Assembly (NCBI GenBank): GCA_951406725.2 | Contig: OX597815.1 | Coordinates: 57,040,001-57,104,000, forward strand | Direction of reading: 5' to 3' | Origin: Octopus vulgaris | Lineage: Eukaryota | Length of the DNA: 64,000 nt | Shown here: piece after piece, positions 38,681 through 51,251 of the stretch | How the letters are laid out: each line of letters starts with the position of its first letter | Numbering within the stretch: the first letter of the stretch is position 1 | Translations under genes and position numbers: made by a program | The notes under the pieces: model-generated | Seen by the model: the letters and a program-made list of their open reading frames with translations, nothing else | The model's database searches: none | Told to the model about the DNA's origin: nothing

Positions 38681-39421
38681 TTATTATTTAGGTGGCGAGC
38701 TGGTCAAAAAAAAAGAGAAAAAAAGCGTTTTTAATTAAAAAAAAAAGAAAAGCTAAATATGTGACCAGGATAAAGGCCTGTGGTTCTTCTGGAGAACAAC
38801 TGATAATCCTATACAAAGTACAATTTTGCTTCATAAAGGAGTACTGTTTAGACATACAAGCTTATCTTCCACAACATACACATTCTAGAGTATATTCACA
38901 CATTTACATACACACATGTAAATGCCACAACTTTCACTCATCAACACACTACAAACATTTGCATACCATCACTATCTCCCTCTTTCTCTCTCTCTATTAC
39001 TTCTATCATTGCACTTAAGGTTTCTGCCCCTCTACCTATTGTTTCTTCTGTTGATTCTTGTTTACCTAATGATCTCTCCTACATTTTTAGAATCCCTCAT
39101 CTTACATATGCCAATGCCAATGTTTTCTCCACAACTACTGCTCTAAAAGTTCAAATAAATATTTATCCATTTTTTTTTTCTACTTCCCAGTTAATTATGG
39201 CATGAAAAGGCTATATCCACCACCATTCTTTCTCATATTAAGTAAGCTATCTTAAAAATCCTAAGGATATATATATTTAAATGTAGTATAAATAGATCTC
39301 TATTTATACTACATTTAAATATACAATAGTACAGAAATTGTACAAGAATGCAATTCTGCTCCAGAAATAACTCCAATACATAGTTATTTAATTTCCATTT
39401 ATTTTTGTTTTTAATTTTTAG

Positions 39422-39557
39422 ATTCAGAAGAGGCCTTGCTATAAAAATGGACAATATGTTTGAAGGACTAATCCAGCAACAAAGTAATTTGGTTCAACAC
39501 GTCCAGAATATGATGGTTAAGAGTGACTTGGAAAATGCATCTGATGTAAAACTGTAA
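39422..39557 (+). CDS. Probable terminal coding exon (FRRGLAIKMDNMFEGLIQQQSNLVQHVQNMMVKSDLENASDVKL*), possibly helical/coiled-coil
   Basis: T-rich acceptor ending AG at 39420-21; phase 2 matches the 27250 donor; open frame to TAA at 39555-57. Confidence 0.65.
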
Positions 39558-39795
39558 ATGAGAATTTCAATATTTTAGTGGCATTATTTTGGATGTACAG
39601 ACGTATACATTGTTTCCTTTATTGTTAGTTTCATGGAAAAAAGCTGTTAAAATAGGACTATCATTGATACTATTTTTTCTTTAATGCATATTTGCTGGTT
39701 TTGTAGAAAAATTGGATATTAGGACATTTTTATCACTACATATATTCAATATAAACACAAAAGTCATAAACTAATAATGTATGTGTGTGTCCTCA

Positions 39796-39856
<61 letters not shown>

Positions 39857-40219
39857 GCACACTTTAAAGTGGTTGGTATTAAGTAAGAGCACCTAACCAT
39901 GGAAACCAAACCCAAATGAAACTTATGAGTGAGATTTGGTCCTCCAACCCATTTTAGATAGCAGCAATGATCTATCCAACAAATGCCAAAAGGAAAGCAG
40001 ACAAAATGATTTTATGTCTGTTTATCTGTTTATCTGTCTATTATATATATATTCCTGTCTATTATATATATATATTCCACGTAAACCTGCCAGAGGGAGT
40101 GTTTGTCCAGGATAGGACTACACAGCCACAACAGGAAATGTATTAGGACATGAAATGTAAAAGCCGAACTAGATTATTTTATGCGCAACTTCATTGTCTC
40201 CCGAGACAAAAAGGATGCC

Positions 40220-40272
<53 letters not shown>

Positions 40273-40630
40273 TAATAATAGAAGGGTAAAATTTATTAAT
40301 TAAATTAATTAATTAATTAATCAATTAATTGATTAACAATTTTACCAAGTAGATCGGTAAAATAACCTTTATAGGTAAAATTATCCACATAATTAAAATT
40401 TGGGTTTAGCTAATTGCTTCACCACATACTGAAATTAGAAAAAGGAGTTAAAAATTCCTTTTCTACTACTATAAGAATCTCCAGGTCGTGTTGATTCATT
40501 GTTTTTCTCTTTGCCTTAGTAAAAAAGTATGTTTACCGTCATGGAGATTCTTATAGTAGTAGAAAAGGAATTTTTAACTCCTTTTTCTAATTTCGGTATG
40601 TAGTGAAGCAGTTAGCTGAACCCTAATTAC

Positions 40631-40681
<51 letters not shown>

Positions 40682-41377
40682 CCCAAATTAGAAATATCAA
40701 TTATTTTACATATGGATTTTGAAGCACAGTTTTGAAGATACTTTTATGCTTTCAGTATAATTTTAATCAACAATATGGGATAGACTTACTTAGATATTAA
40801 GTAGTTTGCTTTGATTTACTCTACTTCTAACATAGCTCCTCTAGAAAATTGCATCATTCCAAAATAGCTGGAAATAAAAGACATAATAAATTAGAATGTA
40901 TTTTGTTTTTGTTTTTCATGTTTTCTAGAGAATAATTCTTAATGTTTATTTTAACTTACTTTTTTTTCACTTTAGACCAATTTTATTTTATGCTATACTC
41001 AATTTTTTTATTTCATTGTGTACTCAACTAATGTAATCTATTAAATTTCTCATTCATTTTTGTTAGTTATGAATTTTATCTTAGTTTTTTGAATTTTTAC
41101 TTATGATTTTATTTCATTTATTGTCATATCTCTCATGTTCAAAAAGCTTTGTGTTGTGCCAAAAATGCAATATCTATTTGAAATCAATTTCCAGTAAATC
41201 ATCTCTTTCTTTATCTAACACATTCTGAATATCAATTTTGACATAGCTTCAAAAATATCTGCAGATGTTTCATATGTCAATTAAATTTAATATATTATTG
41301 GTTAAATTACGACTGAGTACTAAATGCATGTTTAAACAAAGAAGGTGCAAATAAAATGTATACTTATAAGAGAGAGA

Positions 41378-41570
41378 AAGGCGGTGATCTGACAGAATTT
41401 TTAGCATGTTGCATGAAATGCTTAGCAGTATCTCTTCCCAATTTTACATTCTGAGTTTAAATATCACCAAAGTTGACTTGGCCATTCATCCCTTCAGGGT
41501 TGGAGGTTGACATAACCAATTGCCTCCACTCTCAAAATTTCAAGCACTGTACCTCTAGTAGAGAGAACTT
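41378..41570 (+). mobile_element. Meta-domain-like SINE
   Basis: Similar to 4993-5202. Confidence 0.65.
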
Positions 41571-41749
41571 ATAAGATAGAGAATAAAATATGAAAAAAGA
41601 AATTTTCAATTCTTAAGTATTTATGCATTACATTCATATAACTGCACAAGAAATTGTAAATTTCCTAGTCTGCATCCAAAATTGCACCAAATTACTATAT
41701 GATGGTGTGTGTGCATGTGTATTTAACATGAATGGTTTAGTTTTTTTAT

Positions 41750-41980
41750 TTCTTTATTGCCCACAAGGGGCTAAACATAGAGCGGACAAACAAGGACAGA
41801 CAAAGGGATTAAGTCAATTACATTGATCCCAGTGTTTAACTGGTGCTTATTTAATCGATCCCAAAAGGATGAAAGGCAAAGTCAATTTTGGCGGAATTTG
41901 AACTCAGAATGTAACAGCAGATAAAATACCACTATACATTTCGCCTGGCTTGCTAACGTTTCTGCCAGTTTGCTGCCTTA
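41750..41980 (-). mobile_element. Meta-domain-like SINE
   Basis: Reverse complement reads gactttgcctttcatccttttgggatcgattaaataagcaccag. Confidence 0.75.
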
Positions 41981-43369
41981 TTTAGTTTTTTTTTTTTTTA
42001 GAGATATAAATGATATTAAGCATTAATTATACCAAGTAAACTTTTAAAAAGTATAAATCAACCCACTAATGGAACATTAACTGTAATTGCTAGGAAACTA
42101 TTTCTTTCTCAAATTAGATATAAATATTTGACTACTCTTACCTGAACTTAGTAATGTCCTCAGCATCTTGTTCACATATAATTTTCCAGATGATTATTTG
42201 CATCTTTAGAGATAACCATTTTAAAATATTTACACCTTTTTTTACATCACTATTTTAAAATATTTAGCTTCATCACTGATCATGATCAAATGGCAATGTT
42301 CCTTCATATGTACGTAGGGTAGGACTGGATTCAAACTAGGGTTCTTTATATGTAAACTAAAATGCATAATATTCTCTTCTTTGACTAGTTTCAGTCATTT
42401 GACTACAGCCATAATGCATAATTCATTCAAAATTTTTAGTCATTCATATTAATTCTGGTATTTATTTCAGTCTTGTACTTCTTTTATTAAAGTCTGTTGC
42501 TTCAATAACTAAGGTGTGCATTTGTCATAAAAGTTTACTGACATAAACTTAACTCCAGTTTATGTCAATAAGTATAATAACTTATTGACATAAATACACA
42601 TGAAGTTTCTGCACAGTTTCTGCCCACCGAGTTTCATTCATACAGCCATTGATTAGCCTGAAGCTATAGTAGAAGAACCTTAATCAAGGTGGCCACTTTG
42701 TTTGTCTGTCTACCTTATATGTATGTATGTATGTATCCATCCATCAATCAATCAATCAATCATCATCATCATGTTATTTTTTTCCATGCTTGCAGAGGTA
42801 GAACAAATCATCTCCAACACAGCATCCAATCACTTGTTACATTCCTTTTTCATCACCTTTGCAAGGTTCAGCTTTCTGAAATCAGCTTTCTATTCACTTC
42901 TTCCTTGGTTTTCCTATTTCACTGGGTCTTTCCACATGAATCTCCTAGCATTTCTTCATATGAATATTCTAGTGATTATATTTTTTTAGTGCTCTGAGGG
43001 CTAACTACTCTTATATGTCTACCACAAGCATAGTATTTATTCATTGTCATTTTACCTGACTCCACTATTCCTATTCACACCCATAAATCACTGAGTACCT
43101 TTCAAGAAATTTTCGCCTATTTGTTTTTTTTTTTCATATTGAGTATGGCCATTCCCTGTGAGTTTTGGAGTCCTGTCAACTCTTTTTACTTACAACAACC
43201 TCAGTCTTCTCTAAGTTTACTGAGAAGCCTTTTGATTCTAGGGTTTTGTTTCCAGAACTGAAATTTCTTCTTTAAATCTTCCACTATCTTTGCTTTATTG
43301 ACAGGTCATCAGCATTTATAAGTTCCCATGAGCAACTTGTCTTAAAGTCCACTCTTAGGACTTGGAAGG

Positions 43370-43405
<36 letters not shown>

Positions 43406-43776
43406 ATATATGTATGTATGTATGTATATGTGGGAGGGGGAGTTTGACTGGGGACTTTTGCTACTGCTACCTACTGTTGCTTCCTGAGTAAGAGAGGGAG
43501 AGAGAGTTTACAGAGAGATAAAAGAGAGGATGAAGATTCTCTTTAAGGGGAGAGAACCACTTTTGGTTTATAAAGTTTTTTATCATTATTATAAGATAGC
43601 ATTTGAAATAACATTTCCATATAATCCCCCTTTTTTCCTTCTTTTTAGGTGTCCTAGGAGTTGTAGATAGCACCATTTTGCTCTTCTTATGAGCTCCTCA
43701 ATACAGCATAAATTGAGATTATGAAATTAGTTATATATATATACATGTGTGTGTGTACATATATATATATATATAT

Positions 43777-43986
43777 CATCATCATCATCATCATCATCAT
43801 CGTTTAACATCCGTTCTCCATGCTAGCATGGGTTGGACGGTTCGACCGGGGATCTGGGAAGCCAGAAGGCTGCACCAGGCTCCAGTCTTATCTGGCAATG
43901 TTTCTACAGCTGGATGCCCTTCCTAACGCCAACCACTCCGTGAGTGTAGTGGGTGCTTTTTACGTGCCACCTGCACAGGTGCCAGG

Positions 43987-43988
<2 letters not shown>
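43777..43988 (-). mobile_element. RTE 3'-terminal fragment
   Basis: (atc)n tail plus a match to 6800-6980. Confidence 0.85.
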
Positions 43989-44020
<32 letters not shown>

Positions 44021-44994
44021 GATGTTAGATGGAGAATATGATGTTGATTTATATATATATAGAAGTAGATAAATGGTACAACAAGGCACAGATATATATA
44101 TAAATCAATATCATATTCTCCATCTAACATCCATTTTCCATGCTGGCATGAGTTGGACAGTTTGACAGGAGTTTGTCTATTTTGGCATGATTTCTACAGC
44201 CCTTCCTAACACAAACCACTTTATAGAGTGTGCTGGGTGCTTTTTATGTGGCATTGGCACAAGTGTATTTTACATGGCACTGGCATGTATTCATCATAAA
44301 CCTTTATTATTATTTTCCCTCTATTCTGTCTTATTGTGTCTATTTCAGCACCATGCCATCATGGTGCTGTCTCTCTTTTAATTCCTAGTGCATGTTTGTT
44401 AGTTTGCGGTTGGCCCACCCCCTCCATGTTAGCCACTCTGACAAACGATCACACTCATATGGTGCTCTTTGTACCCCGCTAGCACGGATGCCAGTCATCG
44501 AATTTGATTTTGATTTCACTTGCCTCAACAGGTCTTCTCAAGCAGAGTTGGTACTACTAGCGAAGACTGGACCCAGTGTGTGCACACGCGCAGTCGTGCG
44601 TCCGCGCTAGCTAGTCTTAAGTAGTCGATCCTACAACGACTTGCACATATGCAAATGAGTTGTGTTGTAGGTTGGAAGACAACCAATGGGTCTAATTAAT
44701 GATCAAGACAAGGGTGGTGGAGAGGGGGGTTTAGTGTAAATAAACAAACAAGAAAACATCAAAACAAGCCAAAAAAAACAAAACCCTTCATGGAATGCTG
44801 TAATATGCTCTCCTCTCTCGCTCAGACATTCTTACACACGGATACACACGTGTAATGAACTGTTACCAAAATATCTCCATCTTATCAAATCCATCAATCG
44901 ATATCAACTTTCCATTCCTTATCATCTTAAGGATATTTTGTTTCTTCTCTCTTTCTCACATATATATATATATATGTGTATATATATATATATA

Positions 44995-45806
44995 TCATTA
45001 TCATCGTTTAACGTCCGTTTTCCGCGCTAGCACGGGTTGGACGGTTTCGACCGGGGTCTGGGGAGCCAGGGGCTGCCCCAGGCTCCAGTCTGGTCTGGCA
45101 GTGTTTCTACAGCTGGATGCCCTTCCTAACGCCAACCACTCCGCGAGTGTAGTGAGTGCTTTTTACGTGCCACCTGCACAGGTGCCAGAGGGGTCTGGCA
45201 TCGGCCACGTTCGGATGGTGCTTTTTCTGTGGGGGGGGGTGCAGGAATATAGGGGAGCACCAGTGGGGAGGGGTGTTCGGAGAAACGATATCGGCCATGT
45301 TCGGATGGTGCTTTTTATGTGGGGGGGGGTGCAGGAATATAGGGGAGCACCAGTGGGGAGGGGTGTTCGGAGAAACGATGACAGGTTCTAGACAAGTAGA
45401 ACGTAGGATATCACGAGAAGGGTAATGCATGGTGAAATAGCGTATTGAAGAGGGGGGTTCAAAGAGTAGACACCTATAATGGTGGTGGGAGAAGCGACAT
45501 CCGGTATAGATGGAGCAAAAATATAGAGATATCCAGTATTGGTGGTGGGGGTGGGCAAGGGCGGGTGCACCGCGAATACGCGAAGGTTGATAGACGAGAG
45601 AGCGAGGACTTGGACGGGCAAAATTAATAAAGGGATATTGAGGGGGGACGGTGGAGAAATGGAGAAATGATGAGAGGAGTTAGGGAATACGATGACAACT
45701 GTTTAAGCGAATTAGTAGTTAGTAAGTAGAGAAAATAGATAGATAAAAACATGTTTTGAGTGTTTAGATGCGAATGCAGTATGATTGGTCGAGAAGTGAA
45801 ATTAAG

Positions 45807-45810
<4 letters not shown>
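44995..45810 (-). mobile_element. Young RTE 3'UTR-only copy with a ~90-bp tandem duplication (45200-45379)
   Basis: RTE 3' end at 44995-45225; CpG-rich; pyrimidine-rich on the minus strand like the UTRs of other copies; assignment of the distal part is inferred. Confidence 0.65.
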
Positions 45811-45859
<49 letters not shown>

Positions 45860-45863
<4 letters not shown>

Positions 45864-46709
45864 GAGTGTATTTTACCTTGTTAACAATTAACACGGATAA
45901 ATGAATGAATAGTTACCAGGGCAGCAAAAATCTCACAAGTAAAGATGTTGTAACTCCTTGTTTATAAAGGTTGAAACTTCGTGTTTACGTTGAATATTTG
46001 AATGATATGAATAAAAAATGGAGTTAACGCAGGTTTAAACAAGTATTTTTACTTTCTACATATGTTTCAAAAATTCTACTGATACTTATTCAAAAGAATA
46101 AAAGGTATAAACAATGCAATCTTCTCTTCGGGAAAGTGAAAAAACGAAACTTGTCAATACGACATTTTAGCAAAAAATGATGGATTCGTATAGCGATAGA
46201 CAGAACGCTATTAATATTGTTTAAAAAAACGTTATATGATATAACGTCATAAGTAGCTAACAGAAAGAGTAGAGATATTAATAGTGAATGTTAAATATAA
46301 AGGAAATTAAAGTCTAAACTATATATAATGATAGAGACTACTTATATGCACTAAAAGTATGTTTCTGCCAATGCTTACATCTGTATGCTCGTTCTATAAC
46401 CGTGTTTACTAGAGTATTTTTAGAAAAAATAATGAAAAATAGCTCAGAATTGCAGAGAAGACAGAATTTCTTGCCTTTGTCATATGGTATCGAAATTGAG
46501 AGGATCAACCATTCTAAATGAAATTGTTCATTATGGTCTTTTAAATCCCAAATCAGTTTGCTGAGACCGGTACTATTCCGTTTATTTCTATCCCTAAATG
46601 TTGAGTAATGGATAGAAATTCTTTTAGATAACTCTAACGATGTGCTTCCAGTGTATAATCAGTACTCGTAATAAAGTACGATTTTACATTGGAAGCACAT
46701 CGTTAGAGT
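45860..46709 (-). mobile_element. Penelope-like element 3' fragment (GIY-YIG C-terminus plus pLTR), Naiad-like
   Basis: Open frame 46655-46338: YTGST..KR..H.STF..STGLSKLIWDLK..W..CLLC.SE..CKH; inverted 5' arm retains FYIGST; hammerhead downstream. Confidence 0.85.
46051..46137 (-). ncRNA. Type I hammerhead ribozyme with CCGAAGA core variant
   Basis: Reverse complement: ACTTTC-CCGAAGA-GAAGATT...AATTTTT-GAAA-CATATG-TA-GAAAGT, giving stem I, core, stem II, palindromic stem III and UH site. Confidence 0.78.
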
Positions 46710-46710
46710 G

Positions 46711-48209
46711 CTTCCCTTGCACCGTTCCCTTGCATGCATTTTCTGGTTTTGTTTAGCACACTCAACCCAGTTGAGTTTGAGTTTGGGTTGGGAGTTTGAC
46801 AGGCAGAGGTGATAAGGTTGCACATGTTGGCCCTTTTGACACCCCTGCCCCCGAACCCAAGTTGGGTTCGGACCACAGCTAAGCCCTACCTAATCCTAAC
46901 TTAAGTCTAGTGAAAGGGGGCTTGGGAGCCTCTAGTAGGCAACGACTAATCCCGATCTAGTACTTTCCCTCTAGGGAACAAAGGCGTATGTGTAGGTTGC
47001 AACGTCTTCTCTTCACTCCAATACTTCTGTGTATACGACGTTCCTAGCTGTCCCTTTGGGCGAAAACATGAAAACATCATTGCGCCTCCCAACGCTTGAA
47101 CAGCCCACGTAGAGTTGACCATGGGCAAAGCACTGTTCACCCAAATGTAACCCAGCAACTTGTAGCATTTGGCCTTGGGATTTATTGATGGACATTGTGA
47201 AGCAGAGTTTAACAGGAAACTGAGAAGTGGATAAAAGCGGCTTATAATAAACCAAGAGTTTGCAAGTAGCGTCTGAGGACCCTTAGGGTATGTCAAAAAT
47301 TTAAGGTAAAACGTTTGGGGTGGTAGTTATAAAGAAAGTTTAAACAAAAAAAAGTATTCAAATAACTTGCGGCTGCAGCAGCGATTAGCAGAAGTATGCC
47401 AAGGTTATGTTGTCTGGTCATGTTTTGTCTCGTTGACTGCTTAAAGTGGCTGTGTTGGGGGTAAAGTCTCGGAGGTAAGTTCTTCCTGGTAGGAATTGGT
47501 TCACCAAAACTTAGGTTAGTCTGAAGGTTTCAATGTAATATTTGGTTTGTATGTGGGATACTTTGAAGATTAAGTCTAGATTTCCTCCTGTGGGTTGAAT
47601 TATCGATAGCTGTTTGATAGTTATTTGGGGGAGTAAGAGTTAAAGAAGGTCGAGTTGCATCCCCTAGACCGTCTGTGGTTTGTGTTTAATATACAGTAAT
47701 AAAGTATCCTATTGGAATAAAAAGGGCCATATAGCTCCTTGGAGCAGACATGATGCTCGCTGTGAACTTAAAAAAAAATTCCTGCCAATTTGTTAAAGAT
47801 ATTGTCAAAAATATGTCATCTTGAATTTCGAGATTTCCCAAAATGGCATGATTTTATCGATTTTTTCTGGTGGTAAGGTATTGCATGGAAAACTAACATC
47901 AGAATTAAGTTTCTTAGGGTAACAATAAGTATCACCATGAGTTTGGTGAAAATTGATTGCAAGTTTCGAAAACTACAACAGAAAATGTGTTGCATATGAA
48001 AAGCTTAGATTCTCGACCCCATGTCGAATTTATCGATTTTTTTCAGAACTGGGGGAACTTTTCAAAATTTTCGCTGCGTTAGTTTTGAATTATGACATTG
48101 GGCTATGTGTGTGTCAAGTTTCATCACAATCGGTTGAAAGCCGTGGTCAGGGTGAGGGTACAACCTGACAGACACACAGACAGACAAACTGCCTTTTATA
48201 TAGAGAGAG

Positions 48210-48210
<1 letters not shown>
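46711..48210 (-). mobile_element. Non-autonomous Helitron-like element with a PIF1 helicase remnant
   Basis: 5' TC(T)ATATAAAA..gtctgtctgt..aaccgatt..gatgaaact; QFPVKLCFTMSINKSQGQ..FAHGQLYVGCS..NVVY.EVL at 47013-47230; 3' CTAG end not confirmed. Confidence 0.75.
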
Positions 48211-48250
<40 letters not shown>

Positions 48251-48388
48251 CATACACTACACACACATACATATATACATACACACACATACGCACATAT
48301 ATACACACACACATATATATACTCACATACACACACATGTATATACACACATATACACATACGCACACACATATATATATACATATAC

Positions 48389-48445
<57 letters not shown>

Positions 48446-51158
48446 CCTGAATGATGTACCTACTATGGATGCTGTCCAAAAACTAAAAACTAAATATATC
48501 ACACACATTTTATTTGATTTGTTTAAAAAAATCATATACATTGTTCTAAGGAATAATTTATTTACTTTCTTTAAAAAACTCTTTTGTTTTATTCTGTAAA
48601 ATCAACTCATTTGCATACGCGCAAGTCGTTGTAGGATCGACTACTTACGACTAGCGCACACCGGGTCCTGTCTTCGCTAGTAGTACCGCAGAGTTTTGTG
48701 TCCCAAGAAGGAAAAGTATGCATAAGTGAACTGGCTACATCCCAGGTAGAAGCCACGGGTTATGGTCTCGCTTGTCCTGCCGGGTCTTCTCATGCACAGC
48801 ATACTTCCAAAGGTCTCGGTCACTAGTCATTTCCTTGATGAGCCCTAATGTTCAAAGGTCGTGCTTCACCACCTCGTCCTAGGTTTTCCTGGGTCTACCT
48901 CTTCCACAGGTTCCCTCAACTGCTAGGGTGTGGCACTTTTTCACACAACTATCTTCATCCATTCTCGCCATATGATCATACCAGCGCAAATGTCTCTCTT
49001 GCACACTACAACTGATGCTTCTTAGGTCCAACTTTTCTCTCAAGGAACTTACACTCTGTCGAGTATGAACATTACACATCCATCGGAGCATACTGGCTTC
49101 ATTTCTTGTGAGCTTACGCATATCCTCAGCAGTCATGGCCCATGTTTCACTGCCATGTAGCATGGCTGTTCGTACACATGCGTCATACTGTCTGCCTTTT
49201 ACTTCTGAGCGAGAGGCCTTTTGTCACCAGTAGAGGTAAGAGCTCTCTGAACTTTATCTTACTCTAGCAGTTACATTTTCAGCACACCTACCTCCGCTAC
49301 TGACTTGGTCACCTAGGTAACGGAAGCTATCAACTATTTCTAGTTTTTCTCCCTGGAATCTGGTGGAAGTTGGTCTCTGCGCATTTTTAGTGTTTATTGC
49401 TCCTGAGCATCAGTATTGTATTTTTACTTCATACCTTGCAAACCTCTCCTGTCTAGCCCATTTATCACTTATTCATTTAGCTGTCTAGCAACTTATCTAT
49501 TACCTCCCCTTAACTGTTTTTTCTTCTATTGATTTTCTATATCTCAAGCATGACTTCTTTTATGATTCTTCTGTATCTCTCTCTCTTTCTATGTATTGTT
49601 ATCTCATCTACAATAAATTTTTTATGGTTTATTTATCTCCTTGCATGAAAGTATATCTGTTAACTTATTCACTTATGATAATAATAATTTTTATTTTTAT
49701 TTACTTTAATTTTGAATTATACTATAAGAACCTCACATTTTAGCTATTTTCTAATTCACTGTAAAATATATGTTTAGATTTACCGGGGGTATGACTTCCT
49801 TTTGTACCCCCACAAAAAACACCTCTTTTTTTATTTAATTTTTTTTTCTACACAAACCCCCGTTTTTGGCTACGGAGAATATGAATCTGCAAAAATATTG
49901 GCAAAAATCAGCATTTTGAAATTATCCCCCTAAATTCTTCATTTTTAACTTTTTTTTAATAATTTGCGAGAAAATGGTGGTGGGAGTGGGGAACAGGAGG
50001 AAGTCTTTCTGTACCAGGTCTAACTTTTTCTGTGTCCCTAATTTTGATTGTTCCTAGTTTTTCATTAGCTCTTCACCTCTATATTAATTGTATTATATGA
50101 ACCAAACCTGAAGCTATTTTCTAACTCACTGTAAAAAATACATATTTATTTCTACCTGGTTTTGCTTTGGTATGTCCCTAATTTAGATTATTCCCAGCTA
50201 TTCTTTAACTCTTCACTTATATATTAATACCTACTTCCAGTTTTGAGGGCATCATATTTAACTGTTCAAATAATTTTATTAATATCTTTTTATTTAACTT
50301 GTTGAATTGATCCATTTTTAACCCCTTATTATTATTTTTATTAGCATATATTTATTCCCTTTAATTCTTATTTATTTATTTATGTTAAATATTTTATCTT
50401 CTCACTTGTGCCTCTTATATTTACATCCAGTATCTCACCAAGGGAACACTGCACATATGAAATTTTTTAATTTTGTCCAATAGTTCCTTATCTTTATTGG
50501 TCTAGCTCAATAAGTTTTTTTTAAGAGCTGAAAGGCTATATTTTGTAAGTCCTTATTCATTTATTTATTTTTAGTCTATCTATTTTTACTTTTTACTCTA
50601 TTTTGTTTTATTTATTTAACTTTATTCTTAATTTTAACTTAAAAATTCTATAAACCCTAACATTAAGTTAATATATCTTATAAGTCTTTTAACGCTTTCG
50701 ATATTTATATTAAGTAATAGATTGACTAGAATACACACTTGAATTAAACTCTACATACTAATTTTCTACTGATGTGATATGGATGTCACAATATATGACA
50801 TTTATACCTATATATCTACTTGAATTGTTCTTATACTAAACACTCAAGATGAATATGTTGATCTATTCTTACTTTATAACTCCAGTATACACAACCTTTT
50901 CCCCCTTTCTAAGGTCTATACCATGTCTGATATGATGATCTTTATGTATAAATTTTATTAGTTAATGGTTTGCAGCTGTTTACTCAACATGAAGGAATTG
51001 AACACCAATAAATAAATATTTATAAACCACGGTTTATATTGTTACCTTACAGTTGAGTATTAACTGCAATGTTCAACATTCTTTGTATAGGTTACTAGCC
51101 AGTACTTTCATAGGATTTTGCTATCCCTCAATGAGGTTTGTAACCTTTATTTGTACAC

Positions 51159-51247
<89 letters not shown>

Positions 51248-51251
51248 CACA

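Larger units (their letters stand above)
44550..48687. mobile_element. Merlin-type DNA transposon, non-autonomous, filled with nested insertions
   Basis: 8-bp TSD GCAGAGTT at 44542-49 and 48688-95; ~85-bp TIRs starting GGTACTACTAGCGAAGAC, fitting the Merlin 5'-GGNRM consensus. Confidence 0.85.
44400..49412 (-). mobile_element. RTE LINE split by the Merlin insertion (pieces ~44400-44549 and 48688-49412)
   Basis: MLHGSETWAMT..LRWMCNV..GRGRPRKT at 48879-49163; 3'UTR continues across the TSD. Confidence 0.8.

Noticed and set aside
39422-39557. Naming the host gene (for example SYCP2-like)
   Set aside because: Only a vague resemblance from small exons and a helical C-terminus; no diagnostic motif
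45200-45379. CRISPR-like or coding repeat
   Set aside because: Two head-to-tail units without spacers, inside a LINE UTR
46138-46337. SECIS element in the PLE 3'UTR
   Set aside because: The ATGAC hairpin lacks the GA quartet partner and apical AA
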